Assembly (NCBI GenBank): GCA_012026655.1
Contig: JAAILG010000429.1
Coordinates: 1 to 64,000 of the forward strand
Length of the DNA stretch: 64,000 nt
Direction of reading: 5' to 3'
Origin: Hydrolagus affinis
Lineage: Eukaryota
Below the pieces are notes generated by a model. It saw nothing but the letters and a program-made list of their open reading frames with translations, had not been told where the DNA came from and ran no database searches. Both the position numbers and the translations under genes were made by a program. Shown here piece after piece: positions 12,064 through 23,800 of this stretch. The stretch's first letter is position 1; every line of letters starts with the position of its first letter.

Positions 12064-12530
12064 GCTCTATAAATATAATTTTGTTGTTGTTGACTTTGCA
12101 AGTGGTTTACACACGGCACCAATAATATATCTTTGCTTCGCAAGGTTTAATATGCCTGTACAGTCTGGGTGAGCTTTAGGCTTTGGAGTCCTGTAGTGTA
12201 TTGGTTAGCGCACTTGCCCCGCAAATGAGAGGATCCTGGTTTGATTCCCGGCCAGGGCAAAACCATAGCTGAGTTTCTTTACCCCATACACCTTGTTTAT
12301 CTAACAGTAAGTAGGATCACGATTATTAGTCGATTGGCGGATCGCATTCCAGGGGGTAATTATCCCCTGAAAAAAAATTGGGTCGCTCAATGCATGGCTG
12401 GTTTTAGGACACAGTTGGCTGCGATACAGATACAAGATAGTCAATTCACTTTATGATACATTCTGATAAGTGATAAAGCAAGTATAGTGATTATACAGTA
12501 AGTACAGATGACATGCTGTTTGGTTTGCAG

Positions 12531-12690
12531 GTCAGGTGGGGGCGGAGGCTCCCCTCACACCAGGACACCAGGGATCGGACAAGCTTCTCTGGGAATCTCC
12601 GTGCCAACAGCACCTGCGGCAGCTGCAGTGCGGCGCCTGGGCCCCAGTGCTGAGCCCGGCCAGGCTGCATGGCTGCTGGGTCTCCACAGG
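12531..12690 (+). CDS. APCDD1L: APCDD1-like coding exon 2 (...KLLWESPCQQHLRQLQ...RLHGCWVSTG)
   Basis: tttgcag| 160 nt |gtaag. WExxCQQ and GxWvSTG motifs of the APCDD1 family. Its phase-2 end joins exon 3. Confidence 0.92.
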
Positions 12691-13307
12691 GTAAGATACC
12701 TCCCCCACTGAGCGAGACATGACGCTCCCAGCGACATGTTCAAGTGAATGTTCCTGACGGATATTACAGTAAATCCCTGGTTTACCTCACTCCAGTTATT
12801 CCAAAATCCGGACCAGACTCCAAACGGAAAATTTAAAATATATAATCAACGGGCCTGCGCAGGGATAGATTCCACAGGGATAAATTCTTTTTGGAATTAT
12901 CAATAAGTAGGTGATGTCCATGTATGCAACTTCTCTGTCTGGTTTGGAGACTCTGTTAAGTCGTGATGGGATTCCACCCAACCACTGAGAACGCTCACTG
13001 TCTTGCAAAGGGTGCTGTTGCCTGAGGTGCGCTCACCCCAGCGCCGCTGTCACCAATGTGGTTCCTAAAGCTCTGAGGATTAGCCTTGTTGTTCTCTTCT
13101 GCTCCAGGCAACCCTCTAACATCACAGTGAGCACAGCTGTATCCTAGATTTGGTCTGACCAGCCCAGGATACAGCTTGAATGTGATGTTTGGGGAACTGA
13201 ACTGAGCGATTAGTCAAAATCCACCCCTAGATCTCTTTCGACTTCCTCTTTCTGTCTCATCTCTGGCGTATGCAGGCTTCAGCTTTGTAGTAATCCTTGC
13301 GTTTTCC

Positions 13308-13470
13308 TGTTCAGGTGAATGTTAAAGATCCCACGGCACTATTGAAAAGAGAAGGGAGTTTCTCTCTCCAGGTGTCCTGGCCAACAATCCCCCAGATATA
13401 ATTGTTCTTTCACTCCATGGTTGTTTGTAAGACATTGTAATCACACTTTGCCAGAAGTTCTGGTTCCCTA
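13308..13470 (+). mobile_element. Deu-domain SINE core (AmnSINE1/SacSINE1-like); degenerate copies at ~39870-40020 and ~59680-59900
   Basis: GTTCAGGTGAATGTTAAAGATCCCACGGCACTATT...GGTGTCCTGGCCAAC resembles the Deu core as I recall it; not aligned to a library. Confidence 0.6.
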
Positions 13471-13671
13471 TTTGCCTAGAAACACAGAGTCACTCAATTT
13501 CACAGTAAATCCTGTGAAGCGCTTTGAGATGTCGTACCGACATGATAAGGCTCCGTACCGAATGCAAGACTGTTATTATTATTATAGTGGGTCTATATCA
13601 CATTGTCGAGATATCTCAATGTCTCTCAACTCATTGCGACCTCCTCCCCCCCCCCCACCCCCCCTCCTCAG

Positions 13672-14182
13672 GTGTGAGGTGCGCCCTGGGCCGGAGTTCA
13701 TCACCAGGTCCTACACCTTCTCCCCGAGCCTCGGGTTTAAAGCTTTCCACTTCCACTACGCCAACCATCAGTGCTCGGAGCCCACCTACACCCTGGTGAT
13801 CAGGGGGCGTGTGCGGCTGGGCAGGTCCTCCTGGGTCACGCGGGGAGGCACCGAGGCCGAGTACCAGCTGCACAAAGTTGGGGTCGTGTTCCACAGCGCG
13901 GCGGCGGCCGCGGGGGTCTGGGGGAGCAGCTCGTGTGGACCCCCTGGCGAGTGGCCCTGGGCTGTAGGAGCCACGCACGAGCTGCTGAACGCCAGGACGG
14001 GCCGGGATTGCACCGCGGCGCTGGGCTTCGCCGCACACGAGCTGAGCCTGGTGCGAGTGGAGAGGAGACAACGGGGAGGCCGGCTGGTGGAGGAGCTCTT
14101 CCTGGGAGACATTCACACCCAGAGCTCACACAGGCTGCAGCACAGACCCAAGGGCTACCAGCGCCCCCTGCAGAACGCTCTG
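13672..14182 (+). CDS. APCDD1L: APCDD1-like coding exon 3 (CEVRPGPEFITRSYTF...YQRPLQNAL), first APCDD1 domain
   Basis: cctcag| 511 nt |gtaagt. CEVRPGPEF, SWVTRGGTEAEY, EELFLGDIHT and GYQRPLQ motifs match APCDD1L. Confidence 0.96.
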
Positions 14183-15604
14183 GTAAGTGCAGCTCAGCTG
14201 CTCGCTCACACAATCAAACGTGTGCTTCTCTCCCAATCCTTCTCTTTTGCTCTAGGCAGCCCTCTAACATCACAGTGAGCACAGCTGTATCCTAGTGGAA
14301 CATTGCTGTGTGCAATTGGCTGCCACATCTAGGCCATAATACAGTCAATTCTCTTCACAGTATATCCAGTGAAGCGTTTTGAGACATCTCAACGATGTGA
14401 TAAGGCGCTGCGTCAAATGCAATTAATATGGTTTTTACAGGTTCCAACGATAAATTGTATTTACACGGTACCGTTCACGTGGGGTAGGGTACTGGAGCGT
14501 CACGAGTTAGGAAGCGATTAAGAGTAGTGCAAAGAAATCTAAGTGGTTTTGATACAAAACTGTATGGGATTCGGGTGAATGTACAACTTAGAATAGTGGA
14601 ATTACACGGTAGCCTTTGGATCTGTCTATGCTGCAGCACAAAGGAGGCCATCTGTGGATGTCCTTTGTCTGACCAAATCCATCCCACTCTCTCTTCCTGG
14701 CAACAGCCCTGAAACTCATCCTCCCCTAGGCGATTACACGATTTACAAAGAGAAGACCCAATGCAAGTTCTAAGTGTAATAACCTGGCGGTGAGGCAGGC
14801 TGGGCTGAATGATCTCTCTGTTGCTGATATTGTTCTCTTGGGCCGGTAGAAAAGGAACTAAATGTTCTCCCCAAATTGTGGGGAGATGATTGATGTTGTT
14901 AAGGTATATGTTACTGCCAAGCTACTTTTCGAAACATTTTTATTGATGGACTAAACACGAGGAAATAATACACGTTACAGTGTTGCAAATCATTTTTATT
15001 CATTTCTTCTTAACCAAACAACAGGTAGTTATTTGGGGAAAAGGGGGGAGGGGGGGCAGTCTTCAAAGGGTCTGGTAATCCACCACAAAAACAGAGAGAG
15101 ACATACACAGATACTGAGACATACACACACACATAAGAAGGAGGAGACGCACACATACATAGAGACACTTATAAACACACATATCGAAATATAGTTTTCT
15201 ATATAGAAATAAACACACACATAAAAAATAATACATTGGTCACTTCAGTACTGCACACGACTGTTTGTGGGACGCTGCTGTGCGCAAACGGCTGCCGCGT
15301 TTCGCCCACGTAATATACAGTCAATTCACTTTACAGTGAATCCTGTGAAGCGCTTTGAGACGTCTCGAAGATGTGAAAAGCGCTATATCAAAAGCAAGGA
15401 TTATTATTATCTAGAAGACACACACAGGAGAGGGAGCGAGAGACGCTCACAGACACATTGAGGCAGACACACACACACACACACAGAGACACTGAGGCTG
15501 ACACTCACACACAGAGACACTGAGGTTGACACTCACACTGACACACTCACAGAGTGACTGTGTCCTGTTGATGACCTCCCTCCCTCCCTCTGTCTCTCTG
15601 TCAG

Positions 15605-16396
15605 CACCATGACCAGCCGTGTGCCGCCTGCCGCCTCCTGTACCGATCTGACGAGCGCCGCCCTCCTGTGCTGCGGGTCCGGCCCGAGGAGCCGGTCAGG
15701 CTGCGGGGCCGGTGGGTGAGCGAGCGCTGCGAGGTGCGGCCTGCCGTCCTCTTCCTGACCCGCTCCCTGCACTTCCCCGACCCTGACCCCGGCCAGAGCC
15801 TCAGCTGGGAGGCCAACTACTCCCACTACACCGACCCCTCCTGCCGCCAGCCCGCCTTCCTGTTGTCCGCTTCAGGCAGCTACAGTCAGGGCGGCCCCTC
15901 CCGCCGGGTCAGCGGCGGCACCGAGTTCACATTCCGGGTGACGCGGGTTGGAGTGACCCCGCTGGACACGGCCACGGTCTCGCTGCTGAAGGCCTCGCGG
16001 GCCGGTTGGTGCGGGGAGCCGGGGGCCTGGGCCGTGGGCCGGGAGCAGGACCTGACTCCCACCCGTGGCTGTCGGGCCCTGGGCCTGAGGCTCCCGCACA
16101 CCGAGTACGAGCTGCTGCGGATGGAGACGGACCTCAGGCATCGCCGGCTGCTGTGGGTCGGGGAGCGGCCGACAAACGGCTCCAGCCCCGGGGTCCCCGA
16201 GGGTCGGCCAACCTCCTACCAGGCCCCGCTCGTCCAGTGCTCAGCGGGGAAAACCCCGGAGCCGGGCAGCGGGAGCGGAGCGGGAGCCGGCAACAGGCAA
16301 AACCCGGAGCCACGGAGCCGGAGCGGGAGGAGAGCTGACCCCAGTGTGACGGTACTGTACGGACTCCTCCTCCTCCTCGTGTCTCTGATGGTCTAA
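15605..16396 (+). CDS. APCDD1L: APCDD1-like coding exon 4, second APCDD1 domain and C-terminal hydrophobic segment
   Basis: ctgtcag|CAC CAT GAC... to TAA. Motifs CEVRPAVLFLTR, DPSCRQP, LPHTEYEL and RPTSYQAPLV. Total CDS is 1524 nt (507 aa). Its position between STX16 and VAPB supports APCDD1L over APCDD1. Confidence 0.96.
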   Translation, partial: HHDQPCAACRLLYRSDERRPPVLRVRPEEPVRLRGRWVSERCEVRPAVLFLTRSLHFPDPDPGQSLSWEANYSHYTDPSCRQPAFLLSASGSYSQGGPSRRVSGGTEFTFRVTRVGVTPLDTATVSLLKASRAGWCGEPGAWAVGREQDLTPTRGCRALGLRLPHTEYELLRMETDLRHRRLLWVGERPTNGSSPGVPEGRPTSYQAPLVQCSAGKTPEPGSGSGAGAGNRQNPEPRSRSGRRADPSVTVLYGLLLLLVSLMV

Positions 16397-16704
16397 CAAT
16401 CACCCACAGCCTCACAACGGGAACAGGACTCGAGCTCAGGCTCGGCTGGCTCCTCCACTGCAGTGCTGGCTGGGGTCATACTGCACACTCACACACACAC
16501 ACACACACACTCGTGGTCACTCCATCCCACAACTGTGCGCAACTGGCCCCCGCGTTTTGACCCCACGAAACAGACGGTCGATTCACTTTGCAGCATCATT
16601 CTGCAAAGTGCTTTGAGACATCGCGACGTGATAGCGATAATGATCCAACGCCCTCGTCATGTCTTCGAGGCGTCTCAAAGCACTTCACAGAATGTACAGT
16701 GATA

Positions 16705-17056
16705 CCAAAGTTACACTTGTATAACACCTTTCATGGCGGGATAACGTCCCAAGGCGCTGGACGGACAGTATTTCGGACCCGAGCTGGGGGTAGGGATTCG
16801 GGAGGGTGAAGGGCAAGGGGGGTAAGGAGATTGATCGAAAGCACGGTCAGAGAGGTAGGCCTTGAGGTGGGTCTTGTAGGAGGCGAGGAATGGGATGAGA
16901 CAAAGGGACTGCTGGATGGAGTTCCAGAGGTTGGGGTTAGAGTGGGTGAAAGCCCGTTTGTTAATGGTGGGGTGGGCGAGGTGGGAGATGTGAAGCAGGC
17001 ACGAGTGGGCAGGCACGAGTGATGGAGTGGGCAGGATGGTAGGGGGTTAGGAGCTG
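16705..17056 (-). mobile_element. L2-clade LINE 3' fragment
   Basis: RAFTHSNPNLWNSIQQSL...YKTHLKAYL and the L2 tail. Confidence 0.8.
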
Positions 17057-18300
17057 AAAAGTGAATTGACTATTTTTTTTTGTCAGCGAAGCACGGCAGC
17101 CAATTGCACACAGCGGTGACCCACAAGCAGCCGTGGATTGAGTGACCAAAATATTAGTTTATTTTTGGAAAGGTTTATTAACCCCGAATCAACCAACAAG
17201 CAGGTTAGCCACTTACTGGTGGGTAAACAAAGGCATGTGGAAAATGGAAACTTGCCCAACCTGCCGGGAACTGAACCCAGGTCCTCTCGCTGGCGAGGCG
17301 AGTGCTCTGACCACTAAGCTATAGGACATGTACACACTCAAATCACACACACATTTACTCACTCCTTCCCCCCACCCCATGGCAGACACATTAGGGAGTG
17401 CAGTGCTAGGGCGTATCCTGAATTGTTGAGGTGCCATTCTTCAGATAGAACTATATATTAAACCGAGAACCACAGCTCTGCCCACAATGGATTCCAAGAA
17501 CAGCTGAATTTTCAACATAACCACAGGCTCCGCCAAGCTAACTGGACCCAGTTCACACTCAATCTGTTGAAATATTTGGCACTGAGGTAATGAACTGCAG
17601 GAGTAATTTTGAATGTGTAAATGAATGACACGCTGTGTAATCAGAGCTGGACAGGAGGAGCCCAGCTGCTGAGAGCAGCACTGTGATCAGCACAGATGCT
17701 CTGAGTGAAAGGTCAGGCCACACATTCAGTGGGACTCGAGGGAATCGTCATGTTTGTGTGACATTGCTGGGGCAAATTAGTACATTTGCCTACAGAATAA
17801 TAATCCAAACAGACTCTGTAATGTATTTTTTTTGTTTGCTTTGCATCAAGAGAAGTGATATAGTTACTCATTTATATTGGTGACTTTTCTCTTGTCTGGC
17901 CAACAATCCCCACCCCCCACCCCGACCATAAAAACAAATCATTTTTATGCCACATTTCACCCACAAAATACAGTCACTCCACTTTACAGTATATCCCGCG
18001 AAGCACTTGGATGATATCTCAACGATGTGTTAAGCTTTATCAAATGCCAGGACCACTGAGCATGTGCACCTACCACCCATTGGAAGTCCTGTGAAAATAC
18101 TCTGATTCCCTAGCCAACCTCTGCTTTATCCATCCTACATTTAGCACTCCGAGAGTTCGACCATTTGTTTCATTGGTGTATTTTACAGCTCAATTTCTGT
18201 ATCTGTAATATTCAATCCCGTTCCCAAACAGATTTGTTTGGAAGATCTAATTGACAGGATCAATTCCATTTGTCTGGGAGTCGCATGCCATGTGTGGTGC

Positions 18301-18306
18301 AATAAA
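18301..18306 (+). terminator. Candidate APCDD1L polyadenylation signal (AATAAA); a second lies at 18540-18545
   Basis: First AATAAA I noticed downstream of the stop codon, with a GU-rich tract about 45 nt further on. Confidence 0.4.
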
Positions 18307-19478
18307 ATGAATCTCTATTGTGAAGCTTATAATCCTACTTCTCATGATGTGTTTGTTTCCAATATGACAAGTGTTGTTGATAGCACCTGCACATCAATTG
18401 GAAATCTGTGAATGATCACTGATTACAGCCAGTTCATTTCCCTCCCGGCCTTGCTAACAGACAGTCCTTTGTTACAGCATTGCCATTTCTGGCTCCAATA
18501 TATACACTGTGTCTCATTTATCTATGTTAAAATCTATCTAATAAAAACGGATCAGTTAAAATCAAATGAAAAATGTCTTGTTGTATCGAGACTCACTAGC
18601 TAAAACCACACAGTTTGCCATTTGCCATTGAGAGCACTGTCATTGAGAGCAAGCTCTCACGCTGCATGTCAGATAGGGCCACCTATCCGCTTGGGATTGC
18701 AGGGTTAACAAGCTTGGTGGGATGACTCCATGCCCCCAGTGACTGGCCTGTCCTTCTAAGTCCTGCTGTTAAGCAAGGCTGCCTGGGCTGTTATCAGCAT
18801 TGCCCTGGAATACTGTGGAACCAACAGGCTCAGGAATGGCACAGAGTGTTAGTTCAATTCTGATGTTCCAAATCAGGTGAGAGGTTTGAATGGTGGCTAT
18901 GAAGAGAAGGGAAGGTTCAGGAGGTGATCTCATGCCTTGTTTGATTTGAGGGTTTGTTTGATTAGTGCCAGTGGGAGCTGGGTGCACACAGAATGCTCCA
19001 CCCAGCCTTTCCTCACAAACAACTCTGAACAATAGCTTTCCTGATGCAGTCACAATTGAGGAAATTGTTCAAGGGTTGTGTGGAGCTGGAGGTTCCTGCT
19101 CTCACTACATTGTTGGCAAATTCTCAGGCATAAAACACTGACAAATCACTTAAGCAACATCAAATACGATTGGACATTCACTTGGGTGTGTGTCTGGCTG
19201 GCGGGGGGGGAGGCGAGAATGGGTAAGAGAAAGATGCATCTGAGCCAGACTGGAAGAATTCGTAAACAGGCCTGTACTGAGACAGCCCTTCTTGCCTGTC
19301 AGATACTATGTCCTGCATTAGTTTTCATTTTCCTCCAATTTAAGCTCTACATCACCACACCGAGACTATCCTGCTCAACACCCCCCCAGTGTAAAGATTT
19401 GATACAACAAAAATTATTTAATAATGCAGTAAGAGTTGCAAAATAACGAGAGCAAGTAAATTCAATTAAATTTGGGGC

Positions 19479-19484
19479 TTTATT
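19479..19484 (-). terminator. Candidate VAPB polyadenylation signal (AATAAA on - strand)
   Basis: TTTATT on + strand, about 940 nt past the VAPB stop, at the end of an AT-rich UTR-like stretch with no obvious interspersed repeat. U-rich sequence follows. Confidence 0.6.
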
Positions 19485-20423
19485 AAGATGCTACATAGCC
19501 AAACAGGATTGGTCATTACGGCATAGACTATTTTACTACTAATATTTATTTTTCTTTGATAAACAGTTAATTATGTACAAAATAGTTGCCCAATTGCTGT
19601 ATTTCAACATCGGATGGTGGAAGCTGAAGGTACACATCTAATCTCACTGTAGTGCCTAGGGCATGTGTGGGCAGGACTACCTCACAACACAGCTCTCAGT
19701 AGCAATGGTGTTCAGATCAGGCCAGCCATCATCGGGAGGTGGGTTGACCAATAGCAGGTGACAGTACTGGGGACTCAATTCACCGTGTGGAGTAGTAAGT
19801 GTGAAATGGAAATACAGGAAGTGTCAGTATTTGTCAAGTAAGCATGGGACAACATTGTAAGAATAAACAGATCTAGCCAATTTTTTGTGTTTTTTTTAAA
19901 ACCCAGACGTGGGCCACTTTGACAGCAAGAAAGACATCATCGACAGAAACTATTCACGCTTTTTGCCTGTAGGAAGGAAAGGTCTTTTTTTTAAATTTTA
20001 CATGAAGGTCATAGCCCTTCCCTTTCAGTCCAGTTGCACACACTGAACTCGGATCAGCACTGGCATTCTTAAAGCGTATTTAAAAGAGGTAAATCCTGTA
20101 AAGGTACCATAGTCTAACATGATTAAAATTACATTTACAGTATGCTGTTGTCACATCAAATGTCTGTTCTCTCTTCTCCCGCCAATAGCCCAGGAACTCT
20201 CTTCATATGTAACTTACTGTACAACTTTAACATTACCCAAGATTTTTCAGACTGAGTTACTGTACGTATTGTGCAAGGGGTAATTAAAGGCAAGGCCCGT
20301 GAAATGCTGTACATTAAAGTTTTTTTTTGTATTTTATTTTTTGATCATGAATCATTTCTACCCCATGATATGGCAGATCAAACCAACAAGTCAAGCTAAC
20401 AAATCACCAGCATGCTTGTGTCT

Positions 20424-20585
20424 CTACAAAAGCAGCTTCCCTACAATTGTACCCAAGATAAAGAACAGGACAGAGAAGACCATTAGCCGTGTGCTGAGCC
20501 CCTCCTCCCTGAAGACAGACCTCGTGCTGGGTGAAGAAGGATGGTTTGGCTGAGGCATCCTCCTCATTCGCAGACCATCATCCTC
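20424..20585 (-). CDS. VAPB: VAPB coding exon 6 (EDDGLRMRR...LMVFSVLFFILGTIVGKLLL*), tail-anchor TM with GxxxG
   Basis: ctgcag|GAG GAT GAT GGT... to stop. EEGLSTRL matches VAPB rather than VAPA. Confidence 0.96.
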   Translation of the reverse strand, partial: EDDGLRMRRMPQPNHPSSPSTRSVFREEGLSTRLMVFSVLFFILGTIVGKLLL

Positions 20586-20696
20586 CTGCAGCAGTAAACA
20601 AAAGATTAAAGGCATTTGGTTTCCTGTGAATTAATTTGTATTTCTTTCCCCCATCGCACCCTCCCTTTAAATGCCCTCCGTACACACAGTCCTCAC

Positions 20697-20873
20697 CTTT
20701 AAGTGTTTGTTCTCTTCGCGAAGTCTCTGAATCTCTGATTTAAGTATCCTGCATTCGTCCACCATTTTCCGCAACTCGGGATCATCCAGGGAAGAACTAG
20801 TCGATTTGGACAACATCAGGGCATCTGACTTTGCTAAAGCTGTAGAAAGGAATTTATTTGTGTCCAGGTCATG
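20697..20873 (-). CDS. VAPB: VAPB coding exon 5 (HDLDTNK...SSSLDDPELRKMVDECRILKSEIQRLREENKHLK), coiled coil
   Basis: ccacag| 177 nt |gtgagg. Phase 0-0, VAP coiled-coil sequence. Confidence 0.96.
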
Positions 20874-23800
20874 CTGTGGAAAGATTTGAAATACACATTT
20901 ATTTTTAATTATTCCCCTCATTTTATTTTCTGAAGAATCTCCTTTAACACTCGGCACATAATAGCTACAGCAGGTAAAGGTGCTGCTGCCTTGATGCAGC
21001 ACTATAGAAAGCCATAAGCAGGTTTGAATCCCAAGTGTATGAAACATTGTCTCAACAATCCTTGGTCAGGGAGGGAGAAAACTAGCCGGGGTTATTGGTC
21101 CCTGTGATCCCTGCTGGAAAGTCCATTGGGTTTGGACATTTTCATAGTATAGCATGAGGGCTGGCTGATAGCCACTGCTCACTGTCCTGGTTCACACAAC
21201 AACTTTGATTTTTTTCACACATGATTCCCACATGAATAAAGCTAATTTTAATAAGGTATTGAAGGTTGATTAGCAATCTGTATCCCAGCAGACTTTAATG
21301 GCTTCAAGAGAATAGGGAAAGCTTAGCAGATAAAAGAGATGTGGTTGTGCAAGAGGAATGCACCTGAACGAGGCTAGGCAAATAATAGCATGCAGCTTTG
21401 GAGGTCAATTCCAGGCTATTTGGGTTAGAAAGACACATGAATGTGTTTCAAATGGGGATGAAATCTACTAAATTGAAAAGTAAAATTGTCAGCTTTACAT
21501 TTTAAATTCCCAAATGAGAATCTTATTTATAATAATAATTTCCTTGCTCTATGGGATTTAATGTAAAAAGTAGGGACTGTATTTACAGATAAATATAGCA
21601 GTCAATGTTGCATAAAGAGTCATGAGGTGAATGACTGATACTAACTGGAGGGCTGCTGGCCAGGGGATTTGAGAAATTCCCTTCTCTTTTCAAACGTTTT
21701 CTCCCAATGTCCTGACCCTCAGATGTCTAAAAAAAAGATTATTCACCCTCTGGCTACCTATGTGCAAATAGTCTGCCACGTTTGCCTTCAAATATACAGC
21801 TTCAGTACTTTACAGAAAACTCTATGAAGCACTTTAAAAAACTGAGGTGTCTAAGTGCTCTAGGTAATCTAGGGATAATAAACATGTGTCTCACATGTGA
21901 AAAGATCATGTGCTGTTACATCTATGAGGATGTGTACGTTCTTTGCCACATTGGGCTCTAATATTACATGCACACAGTACAAGATAAATGCAGTACCTTG
22001 TTCCTGTTATTAGTTAGTGATCAGACACAATTGACACAACCAACGGCCATAAATAGTGGAAAAATTAACAGGTTACAAATCTGTCAGTGAAGATTGAGAA
22101 AATTTGCAGGGCAACCTCCCTTGGAGTTCTTTCACCTCTTTCACTCTTAATGTCACAGAAATACATTTTAGAGAACAAAAATTGACTTTTTTTTTTGCAG
22201 TGTTATGCAGCAACCCTCTTCTTTGTCTGCAGATTTGTCCACTGACCAGGCCAAAGACAATCCCACGTGCTGTGTTTGTAAGGGCACGCTCTCCGCTCAG
22301 TCCACAGAGGATTGGGTGCCTTACAAGTAATACTCAAAATATTAGCAGACAAATAAACGCTATTATTTTCATCCTTACACACACTGGTTTGGTGCACACC
22401 CTCACAAAGGGGTTCCTTGACCGACCGGCATGCATGACGAGCAAATCACACCCCCGCAGTAGGGATGCCATGACAAGCAGTGTTTTTGTCCAATTTTCCA
22501 AACAATGGTTTGTGTTTTGCAGCAGACATGGGTGTTTATCATGACACCACTACGTACGAGATCCAATCAAATATTAAATCCAAAAAACCCACTGATTAAT
22601 AATCTCAAAACCTTCAAAGTTTCTTAAAAACGCCTTACAGTTCTTTTTCTGTGCACTGGACGCCACTGGAACATAGAGAAAATAGTGCATCGTTAAAACA
22701 TTCTGGAGAAAAGCAGCGTTTAAATTCAGGAGGTCAAAGCCTCCTGCTCATTGTGAGTGCAGACCAGTATTTCTTACTTAGGATGATTGTAAAAGATTTT
22801 GCTCAAGGAATGTGACTGATGGCAGATAGCAGCTCCACACTATAATGATGCCAACTACAACTGGGGTGCTCTCAGCACTCTCCATTGCCCCGGGTTGGCG
22901 AAAAGACGGAGGGGAAAAGACGGGAGAAAAAGATTAATCCGATACTACGAATTCCTATTACTAGTAAGTAATAGAGATCCAGGAGGAATTGACGCAGCAG
23001 AAAATCAAGGAGTGTTGGGAGACACAGTAGAATGTGTCTGGTACCCAATTGAGCAACTAACTGCATGAGATTATACAGTATATAACTAACAACCACAATA
23101 TGTGCATATGTAGGTTGATGGCTTTCTTCTGCATTTTTGCTGGGCTCAGTCAATTCACAGATTGGTTAAATATAATTGCAGACAATGCAATAACCTCTCT
23201 CCTGATGGTCGTTTATCAGGAATTAGGAATCGTGTTTAACGTCTCTTAAATTATTTCACTTATAATCTTCCCTTTAGAATAAAACTCAAAATAAAATGGG
23301 ATTGTGAGGGAATATGTGAGGACCACATCCCTTGCCCTTCACCCCACCTGACACCTAATTCCGAGCTTGGGTCCAAAAAAACCTTGAATGTCCAGAGCCC
23401 TGGGATGCCTTTCCCATGTGAAGGACACTCTATACAAGTAATTTGTTATTGTGCATTGACTCTGACATTGGGATGCTTTAGCTAAGAACAACAACAAACA
23501 GGGGAGGGTAGAATGGGCAGACGAGCAAGTTAGATGCAGTGAATACGCCTGCATGACTCTTGGACACAAATCTTGACTGAGAGCAAGCGCTGAGAGAACT
23601 AGGAAAACCAAAACCTTTCCCTTAATTCTTCATTGAAAGAGCAGATAGTTATCAGCAGGCAAAATATTATAAACTTGGTGATAACTTAACAAAACTCCTA
23701 GTAAGACAGAGGCACCAATACTGCAGGCAGAAATAATGAGGCAGAACTGGTGCAGAAAGCAGAAGTTTAGAAATGTTGAGGTCTGAGCTTAAGATTCTCT

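Noticed and set aside
13421-13671. N-terminal extension of the 285-aa ORF
   Set aside because: It runs through intronic SINE sequence and a poly-C tract; the real exon begins at the AG acceptor before 13672.
13524-16415. Many overlapping alternative-frame and antisense ORFs over APCDD1L exons
   Set aside because: Expected from high GC content and few stop codons; no independent features.
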